A DNA stretch of 64,000 nucleotides from an uncultured Planctomycetales bacterium (GTDB lineage: Bacteria; 4484-113; JAFGCY01): positions 769 to 64,768 of the forward strand of contig CAZSSB010000014.1 in NCBI GenBank assembly GCA_964609245.1, given 5' to 3'. The notes below the pieces were generated by a model that was not told the DNA's origin, made no database searches, and saw only the letters and a program-made list of their open reading frames with translations. Below, in pieces: positions 8,113-16,500 of the stretch (position 1 is its first letter; each line of letters starts with the position of its first letter). The translations under genes and the position numbers were made by a program.

Positions 8113-11100
8113 TCACTCCAGGCCGTAGAGCACAAACGGTGCCCATTTGGCCGCGCCCACACCTTTCTCATCGAGCAGCCACAGCTTGGCCTGGCGCAGC
8201 GCCTCGCGCTTGCTCATCCCTTCCTGCTGCCAGTTGCGGTAGAACTGCTCCATCAGTGCCCGGGTCTCATCGTCGTGCACCCCCCGCAGCGAGGCCAGCA
8301 CGCTGCGCGCCCCGGCATACAGAAAGCCCTGCGTCATCCCCATCACGCCCGCGCCGGGATTGGCTTCGCCTTCCGCCGTGTGGCAGCAGGACAGCGCCAC
8401 CAGCTCGCAGCCGTCCAGCGAGATCCCCATCACCTCGCTCATCCTGAGAAAGCCGTCACTGCCCGAGATGTCCCGGCCCCAGTCGAGGGCCGCGTCCTCT
8501 TCCTCCTGCTCCTCTTCCTGCTCCTCCTGCTGATACAGCACCACCCCGTTGAGCAGCGGCACTCCGGACAGGAAACCGTGGGTCGCCAGGTGGATCACCC
8601 GGCAGCCCGGCATGCTCTCTCGGAGCGCCGGCTCCGTGGCCTGGCTCTCCACCAGCAGCAGCGGCTCCTCCGCGCCAAGCAGCGCCGCCACGTTGCGGGC
8701 CTCCATCGGCACCGCCGGCAGCGGGCCGAAGTCCCGGTGGCCGTACAGCCCGGCCCGCAGCGGATCGCGGGCACTGCGCGTGCCGCCGCCTTCATTGCCG
8801 CTGAAGCTCACCCCCGCCACCAGTGCACCCGCGGCGCCGCCGGCATCCTTTACGTAGCGCAGCATGGTGGCGCTGGTGGAGTATGTGAGCGGGTGGCGCT
8901 CCAGCAGGTACTCATCATCGGGGCCCACCAGCGCCTCGAACGGCACCAGGAACAGGCTGCGGTCCGGGCAGATGATCAGCTCCGCCTCCGCCGGAATACT
9001 GTCCGCCACCGGCGCCACCAGCAGCTCGTAGAGCTCGCGCCCCGCCTGCCGGCTGTCCTCCTTCCCGGCCCCGTACAGGTCACGCAACTGGTCCGACACC
9101 CACTGATCGAAGCTCCGGTCTTCATCCTGCGCACTCACAAGCCCGGCACCGAGGCTCGTCCTTGCCTCGGGCTCGGGCAGGAGGATCCGCGCCACCGTCA
9201 GTTCCCCTTCCCAGGGCAGGCAAAAGAGGATGACCTCCTCATCGGTGACTAGGTACTCCAACACCACCTGGCCCGGCTGCATGATCTCATCCTGCACCTG
9301 CTCTACGCTGAGCCCCTGGACCTCGATGATCTCGGTGAGGCGCGGCTCGTGCTCGCGGATGTAGTCCCAGGCGTCGTTGGCCTGGGCCTGATACTCCTCG
9401 ATGCGCGCGGTGATGTATGCGCGCTGCTCGTAGTCATCCTCATCCAGCCTGTACAGGTCGTCGCGGTACTTCTGCAGCGCCGCCTGGGCGTCCCGGTAGC
9501 TGTTCAGCGCCTCCTGCACCGCTGGATCATCCGACTGCACCTGAGCTTGTTCCAGCAGCTGGAGCAGAGGCACGCCCTTGGCGGATTGGACTGTGGCAAA
9601 CGCATCCTCATCCAGGTGCAGCAGAAGCTGCGTGCTAGCCAAAAGACTGGCGGTATCCGCCAGATTATCAACCAGCCCGCCCTTCATGCCCGATTCCCAG
9701 GTGAACTGCGTGGCTTGCGACATGTCAATGTCGAAGGCACCCCGGTAATGCTCAATCGCCTGCTCAGGCCATCCGGACTGCCGGTAGACACTGCCGATGC
9801 TGTACAGCGAATTGCGCTCGACCGCGACATCCCCGATCTCGCGCATAGTGGCCAGGGACTGCTCGAGGAATACCAGCGCGTTCTCATACAGCCCCAGGCA
9901 ACCGTAGACACTGCCAATGTTGTTCAGCGTTGCGCCCTCGCCCGCGACATCCCCGATCTCGCGCTTAATGGCCAGGGACTGCTCGTAGTACTCCAGCGCC
10001 TCCTCATACTGCCCCAGGCTGTCGCAGACAAGGCCAATGTTGTTCAACGCTGTGCCCTCGGCCGCTACATCCCCGATCTCGCGCATAATGGCCAGGGATT
10101 GCTCGAAGTACTCCAGCGCCTCCTCATACTGCCCCAAGTCATTGTGGACAAGGCCGATGTTGTTCAGCGTCGAGCCCTCGCTCGCGACATCCCCGATCTC
10201 GCGCCTGATGGCCAGGGACTGCTCGTAGTATTCCAGTGCCTCCTCATACTGCCCCAGGCTCGTGTAGACAAGGCCGATGTTGTTCAGCGTTGTGCCCTCG
10301 CCTCGGATGTGCCCCAGCGCGCGGAAGATGTCCAGGGACTGCTCGTAGTACGTAAGCGCCACCTCATACTGCCCCAGGCTATCGTAGACACTGCCTATGT
10401 TGTTCAGCGCTATGCCCTCGCCCGCGACATCCCCGACCTCTCGTTTGATGGCCAGGGACTGCTCGTAGTAACTGAGCGCCTCCACATACTCCCCCAGGTT
10501 CTTGTAGACACAGCCGATGTTGTTCAGCGTTACGGCTTCCTCCGCTACATCTCCGATTACGCGTCTGATGGCCAGGGATCGCTCGTGATAGTCAAGCGCC
10601 ACCTCATACTGCCCCAGGCTATCGTAGACACTGCCAATGTTGTTCAGCGCTATGCCCTCGCCCGCGACATCCCCGATCTCGCGCTTCATCGCCAGGAACT
10701 GCTCATAGTAGTCGAGTGCCTGCTTATACTGCCCCAGGTTCCTGTGGACATTGCCGATGTTGTCCAGCGTTGTGCCCTCGTTCGATACATCTCCGATTTC
10801 GCGGCAAATGGCCAGGGACTGCTCGTAGTACGTGAGCGACTCCACATACTCCCCCAGGCCACTGTATACAAGGCCGATGTTATTGAGACAATTGCCAGTG
10901 TGCTTCGTGTCACCAAGAGTCCGGGCTAGGTAGATGAGGTGCTGGAATCCGGGCAACGCCTGCCGGTACTCGTCTGCGAAGTAGTGCTCATCCGCCTCCG
11001 CGTAGATCTCGTCCATCAGCTGCCGGAGCTCGTCATCGCTGAGCTGCTGCCACTCGTCCGGCAGGTCGGCGCGGGTGACGGGCTCATAGCCCAGCAGCTT

Positions 11101-11211
11101 CGCCTCGTCGGCTTCCCACTCCGCCAGTGGAACGGCATACGCCGGCGCGGCCAGTGCCGCCGTCAGCAGCACGGCCAGCAGCATGGTGGCCGCGAACCCG
11201 CCTTTGCGCAT
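8113..11211 (-). CDS. Secreted TPR-CHAT protein 1 (10 TPR units + CHAT caspase-fold domain)
   Basis: Start re-set to ATG 11211 (AGGAG 10 nt upstream). The track's 25-aa extension reads through the 3' end of the upstream paralog. Signal peptide MRKGGFAATMLLAVLLTAALAAPAYA|VPLAEW. Ten 40-aa TPR units (xLNNIGxVYxxLGQYEEALEYYEQSLAIxREIGD). CHAT C-terminus with RVIHLATHGF (His) and ELVALSCCHTAEG (Cys). Confidence 0.9.
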   Translation of the reverse strand: MRKGGFAATMLLAVLLTAALAAPAYAVPLAEWEADEAKLLGYEPVTRADLPDEWQQLSDDELRQLMDEIYAEADEHYFADEYRQALPGFQHLIYLARTLGDTKHTGNCLNNIGLVYSGLGEYVESLTYYEQSLAICREIGDVSNEGTTLDNIGNVHRNLGQYKQALDYYEQFLAMKREIGDVAGEGIALNNIGSVYDSLGQYEVALDYHERSLAIRRVIGDVAEEAVTLNNIGCVYKNLGEYVEALSYYEQSLAIKREVGDVAGEGIALNNIGSVYDSLGQYEVALTYYEQSLDIFRALGHIRGEGTTLNNIGLVYTSLGQYEEALEYYEQSLAIRREIGDVASEGSTLNNIGLVHNDLGQYEEALEYFEQSLAIMREIGDVAAEGTALNNIGLVCDSLGQYEEALEYYEQSLAIKREIGDVAGEGATLNNIGSVYGCLGLYENALVFLEQSLATMREIGDVAVERNSLYSIGSVYRQSGWPEQAIEHYRGAFDIDMSQATQFTWESGMKGGLVDNLADTASLLASTQLLLHLDEDAFATVQSAKGVPLLQLLEQAQVQSDDPAVQEALNSYRDAQAALQKYRDDLYRLDEDDYEQRAYITARIEEYQAQANDAWDYIREHEPRLTEIIEVQGLSVEQVQDEIMQPGQVVLEYLVTDEEVILFCLPWEGELTVARILLPEPEARTSLGAGLVSAQDEDRSFDQWVSDQLRDLYGAGKEDSRQAGRELYELLVAPVADSIPAEAELIICPDRSLFLVPFEALVGPDDEYLLERHPLTYSTSATMLRYVKDAGGAAGALVAGVSFSGNEGGGTRSARDPLRAGLYGHRDFGPLPAVPMEARNVAALLGAEEPLLLVESQATEPALRESMPGCRVIHLATHGFLSGVPLLNGVVLYQQEEQEEEQEEEDAALDWGRDISGSDGFLRMSEVMGISLDGCELVALSCCHTAEGEANPGAGVMGMTQGFLYAGARSVLASLRGVHDDETRALMEQFYRNWQQEGMSKREALRQAKLWLLDEKGVGAAKWAPFVLYGLE
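8264..9034. repeat. 771-bp perfect direct repeat, copy A (partner 13747..14517)
   Basis: By-eye comparison of the two 3' regions at an offset of 5483 bp. Scattered mismatches occur in the first ~150 nt after the stops, and none between 8264 and 9034. The first mismatch is at 9035 (t versus g). Alternate-frame ORFs from the track are identical (8549..8857 = 14032..14340; 8595..8795 = 14078..14278). Confidence 0.85.
9690..10930. repeat. 120-bp-periodic coding tandem array (10 TPR units) inside TPR-CHAT 1
   Basis: The 40-aa unit repeats ten times. Some units are nearly identical at DNA level: 10354-10436 versus 10594-10676 is 83 bp with one mismatch. Boundaries are approximate. Confidence 0.8.
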
Positions 11212-11227
11212 CGTCAACATTCTCCTC

Positions 11228-13582
11228 TCACTCCAGGCCGTAGAGCACAAACGGTGCCCATTCGGCCGCGCCCACACCCTTCTCATCGAGCAGCCACAGC
11301 TTGGCCTGGCGCAGGGCCTCGCGCTTGCTCATCCCTTCCTGCCGCCAGTTGCGGTAGAAACGCTCCATCAGCGCCCGCGTCTCATCGTCGTGCACCCCAC
11401 GCAGCGAGGCCAGCACGCTGCGTGCCCCGGCCACCAGGAAGCCCTGGGTCAGGCCCATCGTCCCGGCCCCGGGTCTGATCTCCCCCAGGGCGCTGTGTGA
11501 GCAGGACAGCACCACCAGTTCGCAGCCGTCCAGCCGAATCCCCATCACCTCGCTCATCCTCAGAAAGCCGTCACTGCCCGACAAGCCCGCAGCCCGATCG
11601 GGCGCGTCCGCGTCCTGCTCCTCTTCCTGATACAGCACGATCCCGCTGAGCAGCGGTACCTCGGACAGAAAGCTGTGCGTCGCCAGGTGAATCACGCGCT
11701 TGCCCGGCATGTTCTCTCGCACTGCCATCTCCGTGGCCTGGCTCTCCAGCAGCAGCAGCGCCGTGCCAAGCAGCGCCGCCACTGCTCTGGCCTCCGGCAC
11801 CACCGCCGCCAGCGGAGCAAAGTCGCTGTGGGTGTATTGCCCGCCCGGCAGCGGATCGTGGGCGCCGCGCGTGCTGGTGGTTTCACCGCCGCCGAAGCTC
11901 ACCGCCACAACCAGTGCTCCGGTTACGTCGCCCCCGGGCCTGATGTAGCCAAGCATGGTGGCGCTGGTGGAATAACTCAGCGCGTGCCGCTCCAGCAGGT
12001 ACTCCTCTTCGGGGCCCACCAGGGCCTCGAACGGCACCAGGAACAGGCTGCGGTCCGGGCAGATGATCAGCTCCGCTCCCGCCGGAATGCTATCCGCGAC
12101 CGGCTCCACCAGCAGCTCGTAAAGAGCGCGCCCGGCCTGCCGGCTGTCCGACATCGGATGGCCATAGAGATCCACCAGCTGGCCCTCAATCCAATCGTCG
12201 AAGCTCCGGTCCTCGTCCTCCGGTTCACTATTCGGTGTGACGCGCCAGCCGCCGCCCGCCTCGGGCTCCGGCAGGGCCATGCGCACTGCCGTCAGCTCCC
12301 CCTCCCATGGCAGGCAGAACAGGATGATCTCCTCGTCTGTGACCAGGTACTCCAGCACCACCTGGCCCGGCTGAAGGATCTCTGCCTGCACCTGCTCTGC
12401 GCTAAGGCCCCGAACCTCGATGATCTCGGTGAGTCGCGGTGCATGCTCGCGGATATAGTCCCAGGCATCGTTCGCCTGCGCCTGATACTCCTCGAGCCGG
12501 GCGTTGATGTATGCCCGCTGCTCCTCGTCATCGTCGTCCAGCCTGTACTGGTCGTCGCGATACTTCTGCATGGCTGCCTGGGCGTCGCGGTAGCTGTTTA
12601 GCGCTTCCTGCACGGCGGGATCATCTACCTGTGCTTGCGCTTGCCCCAGTAGCTGGAGCAAAGGCACGCCTTTGGCGGACTGGATGGTGTTGAAGGCGCC
12701 CTCGAGTAGTCCCAGTTCGAACTGCACACCGGCCAGTCGCGAGGCAGCCACGGCAAGATCCGCTACGGGATCGCTCCTCCGATCCTCCTCCCACGGGACC
12801 TGCATGGCTGACGCGTGTGCCAGCTCGAACGCTTGTGCATAGGGCTCAAGCGCCTCCTCATACTGCCCCATAACTTGATGGGCGTCGCCGATGCTGCTCA
12901 GCACGTCCCTGTCCACGCCCCACCCGATCTCACGGCTGACGGCCAGGGACTGCTCGTAGTACTCCAGCGCCTGCCGATGTTGCCCCATCGCGGAATAGAC
13001 GTCACCGATGCTCCTCAGCGTGGCCCACACCCACATGCTGTCAGTCTCATGGCCAACAGCCAGGGACTGCTGGTAGTAGCCCAGCGCCTGCTCGTGCTGC
13101 CCCATCTCGAAGAGGACCATGCCGATATCCTGAAGCACATACTCCTCCAGCTCGTCGGCTTCGTTCTGCCGGCACACAATCAGGGCCCGCTCGTAGTACG
13201 CGAGCGCCTTGGCGTCCTGGCCAAGCCTCTCATAGGCGAACCCGATGCAGCGCAAGGCCTGCGTGAGTCCATACTCCTCCCCTGTCACCCGCCAGATGTA
13301 TGCATTCGTCAGGTCTTGGACAATTCCCTCGCTGACCTCCTCAAGCAGCTCGGAGTTGTCCGAGCCGTAGCAGCCCCCGTCGTGTACAGCAAGCCCAGCC
13401 AGCTCGTCGTCGCTGAGCTGCTGCCACTCGTCGGGCAGATCGGCGCGGGTGACGGGCTCCTCGCCCAGCAGCTTCGCCTCGTCCGCCTGCCACTCCGCCA
13501 GTGGCACGGCAGATGCCCAGGTGCACCACGAGACGACGATGAAAGCCAGCGTCATCGCAAACCTTACGTACCTGCTGTACAT
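11228..13582 (-). CDS. Secreted TPR-CHAT protein 2 (about 4 TPR units + CHAT domain)
   Basis: Start re-set to ATG 13582 (GGGAGGAAGAC upstream). Signal peptide MYSRYVRFAMTLAFIVVSWCTWASA|VPLAEW. It shares the mature N-terminal motif of the other two paralogs. CHAT motifs are RVIHLATHSF and ELVVLSCSHSALG. Confidence 0.9.
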   Translation of the reverse strand: MYSRYVRFAMTLAFIVVSWCTWASAVPLAEWQADEAKLLGEEPVTRADLPDEWQQLSDDELAGLAVHDGGCYGSDNSELLEEVSEGIVQDLTNAYIWRVTGEEYGLTQALRCIGFAYERLGQDAKALAYYERALIVCRQNEADELEEYVLQDIGMVLFEMGQHEQALGYYQQSLAVGHETDSMWVWATLRSIGDVYSAMGQHRQALEYYEQSLAVSREIGWGVDRDVLSSIGDAHQVMGQYEEALEPYAQAFELAHASAMQVPWEEDRRSDPVADLAVAASRLAGVQFELGLLEGAFNTIQSAKGVPLLQLLGQAQAQVDDPAVQEALNSYRDAQAAMQKYRDDQYRLDDDDEEQRAYINARLEEYQAQANDAWDYIREHAPRLTEIIEVRGLSAEQVQAEILQPGQVVLEYLVTDEEIILFCLPWEGELTAVRMALPEPEAGGGWRVTPNSEPEDEDRSFDDWIEGQLVDLYGHPMSDSRQAGRALYELLVEPVADSIPAGAELIICPDRSLFLVPFEALVGPEEEYLLERHALSYSTSATMLGYIRPGGDVTGALVVAVSFGGGETTSTRGAHDPLPGGQYTHSDFAPLAAVVPEARAVAALLGTALLLLESQATEMAVRENMPGKRVIHLATHSFLSEVPLLSGIVLYQEEEQDADAPDRAAGLSGSDGFLRMSEVMGIRLDGCELVVLSCSHSALGEIRPGAGTMGLTQGFLVAGARSVLASLRGVHDDETRALMERFYRNWRQEGMSKREALRQAKLWLLDEKGVGAAEWAPFVLYGLE

Positions 13583-13595
13583 GTCTTCCTCCCAG

Positions 13596-16500
13596 TTACT
13601 CCAGGCCGTAGAGCACGAACGGTGCCCATTTGGCCGCGCCCACACCTTTCTCGCCTAGCATCCACAGCTTGGCCTGGCGCAGCGCCTCGCGCTTGCTCAG
13701 TCCTTCCTGTTGCCAGTTGCGGTAGAACTGCTCCATCAGCGCCCGCGTCTCATCGTCGTGCACCCCCCGCAGCGAGGCCAGCACGCTGCGCGCCCCGGCA
13801 TACAGAAAGCCCTGCGTCATCCCCATCACGCCCGCGCCGGGATTGGCTTCGCCTTCCGCCGTGTGGCAGCAGGACAGCGCCACCAGCTCGCAGCCGTCCA
13901 GCGAGATCCCCATCACCTCGCTCATCCTGAGAAAGCCGTCACTGCCCGAGATGTCCCGGCCCCAGTCGAGGGCCGCGTCCTCTTCCTCCTGCTCCTCTTC
14001 CTGCTCCTCCTGCTGATACAGCACCACCCCGTTGAGCAGCGGCACTCCGGACAGGAAACCGTGGGTCGCCAGGTGGATCACCCGGCAGCCCGGCATGCTC
14101 TCTCGGAGCGCCGGCTCCGTGGCCTGGCTCTCCACCAGCAGCAGCGGCTCCTCCGCGCCAAGCAGCGCCGCCACGTTGCGGGCCTCCATCGGCACCGCCG
14201 GCAGCGGGCCGAAGTCCCGGTGGCCGTACAGCCCGGCCCGCAGCGGATCGCGGGCACTGCGCGTGCCGCCGCCTTCATTGCCGCTGAAGCTCACCCCCGC
14301 CACCAGTGCACCCGCGGCGCCGCCGGCATCCTTTACGTAGCGCAGCATGGTGGCGCTGGTGGAGTATGTGAGCGGGTGGCGCTCCAGCAGGTACTCATCA
14401 TCGGGGCCCACCAGCGCCTCGAACGGCACCAGGAACAGGCTGCGGTCCGGGCAGATGATCAGCTCCGCCTCCGCCGGAATACTGTCCGCCACCGGCGCCA
14501 CCAGCAGCTCGTAGAGCGCGCGCCCCGCCTGCCGGCTGGCGGCCCGTTGCTTTCCGTACAACTCGACCAGCTGATCAGTGACCCACTGATCGAAGCTCAG
14601 GTCTTCATCCTCCTGCTCACTACTCGGTGTGACGCGCCAGCTGCTGCCCGCCTCCGCCTCGGGCTCCGGCAGGGCTGTGCGCACTGCCGTCAGCTCGCCC
14701 TCCCAGGGCAGGCAGAAGATCAGCAGGCTCCCCGGATCATCATCCGTCAGACCATCCACCTGCATGTATTCCAGCACCACCTGGCCCGGCTGCAGGATCT
14801 CCGCCTGCACCTGCTCTGCGCTCAGCCCCTGGACCTCGATGATCTCGGTGAGGCGCGGCTCATGCTCACGGATGTAGTCCCAGGCATCGTTCGCCTGAGC
14901 TGTGTACTCCTCCAGCCGCGCTTCGATGTCTGCGCGGTGCTCCTCGTCGTCATCCTCCAGCTTGCAGAGATCCTCGCGGCATTTCTGGAGTGCAGCCTGG
15001 GCGTCGCGGTAGCTGTCTAGCGCCTGCTGCACCGCGGGATCGTCCACCTGCACCTCGGCCTGCATCAGTAACTGGAGCAGCGGTACGCCCTTGCCTGATT
15101 GCACCGTTGTGAAAGCGTCGTCGAGTAGTCCCAGCTCGAAGAGGACGAGGGTGAGACGCGATGCTGTCCAACTCAGATCCCGCACCAAGCCGCTCTTCAG
15201 CCCTGATTCCCAAGTGAATTCCGTGGCTCTGGATGACGCTGTTTCAGCCGCTCTTCCGTAGTACTTGGCGGCTTCCGCATACTGGTCTTCGGACTCGTGC
15301 ACTATGCCTATGCCCTGCAATGCCCCCAACTCAGCATCCAGATTCCCCACTTCCTGATTCAGCGCCAGGCACTGCTCGTAGCAGTCTACTGCTTTCGCTC
15401 GCTGCTCGAGTTGTCTGTAGATTGAGCCCATACATTGGAGCCCGTTGGTCTCGATAAACTGGTCTCCGATCTCCCTCGCAATCGCAGTGGATTGCTCGTA
15501 TTGCTTTAACGCCTCTTCCGACATCTCCAGACCATGATAGGCACTGGCCATGTTGTGCAGTGTTCTGGCTTCAAGGTCCTGGTCTCCAACCTCTCGCGAC
15601 AATCCCAGAGACTGCTCGTAGTACTTGAGCGCCTCCTCGTGTTGCCCCAGGCCGTCGTAGACAATGCCGATGTTGTTGAGTGCCTGGTTCTCCTCGTGGA
15701 CCAAGCCCTGTTCCTCAAACGCTGTCAGGGCGTTTCGCAGATAGGCTAATCCCGTTTCTTGTTGCTCAAGACTGCTGTATACGATTCCGAGGTTCGCCAT
15801 TGCACCGGCGACACCAGCAGCATCACCGCGCGTGCGATAGATAGCCAGAACTCGTTCATGCAGGGCCAGTGCCTTCTCGTTGAGTCCCTGATGCGTGCAG
15901 CAGCATCCGAAGTCACTCAGCAAGGCGAGCTCCGTGGGTGGGCTGTCAGGCGCAATGTCGGCTAAGTCGCGTATGCTCAGCGCTTCTTCCAGATACTCCG
16001 CAGCACGTCTGTACTTGCCGAGTCTACCGTAGACAATTCCCAATACGTGCAAAGCAAGGAGCGTACCTCGTGCGTCCTCAGTCTCACGTGCGAGCTCAAG
16101 CGAGCGCTCCAGGTACTCTATCGCCAATTCGTTGTTGCGCAGATCATCGTTCAAGGACCCGAGGTTGTGCAAAGCAATGACCTGCCCCTGCGCATCGCCA
16201 GTCTCGTTGAACTTCTCGTTGGCAAGCCCGTAGTATGCCAATGCGTCTTCTGTTCTTCCCAGTTCCCTGGCGATTTCGGCCATATTCCCCAGCACGTATC
16301 CGTGCCGCTGCGCATTGTCTGCTTTTTCACAGGCATCCAGTGCCTGCTCCAGATACTCAAGTGCTTCGTCGTACTCCTCCAATCGCTTGTAGGTCTTGCC
16401 GATGTTGAGGAGGACGAGAGATTCCGTGCTCGGATCACCCGCTTCTCGTGACACCGCCAGAGCTTCCACATACGCGTCGATTGCGCTCTGGTCGGACCCC

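Noticed and set aside
9349-10929. Long + strand ORF (526 aa), one of many similar long ORFs opposite my called genes (e.g. 13710..15020+, 16548..17363+, 19656..20984+, 24837..26306-, 33976..35706+, 36815..37936-, 45575..47011-, 59517..61439-)
   Set aside because: These are antisense shadows typical of high-GC DNA. The translations are Arg/Pro/Gln/His-rich with no recognisable motif, and there is no RBS or signal logic. The opposite strand encodes proteins with clear family signatures (TPR-CHAT, Wzx, PCP, GT, ABC exporter).
9690-10930. Regular 120-bp periodicity that could be mistaken for a CRISPR or other non-coding repeat array
   Set aside because: The period is an exact multiple of 3 and lies inside an uninterrupted ORF encoding 40-aa TPR units. 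There is no repeat-spacer structure with unique spacers and no cas genes in the window.
11212-11286. 5' extensions of the CHAT ORFs in the track (MRRVWARPNGHRLCSTAWSE.., MWARPNGHRSCSTAWSNWEED.., MCSGTRRDA..)
   Set aside because: The extensions read through the conserved 3' end (..APFVLYGLE stop) of the upstream paralog in another frame. Internal ATGs with GGAGG-type RBSs give canonical signal peptides, so I used the shorter starts.
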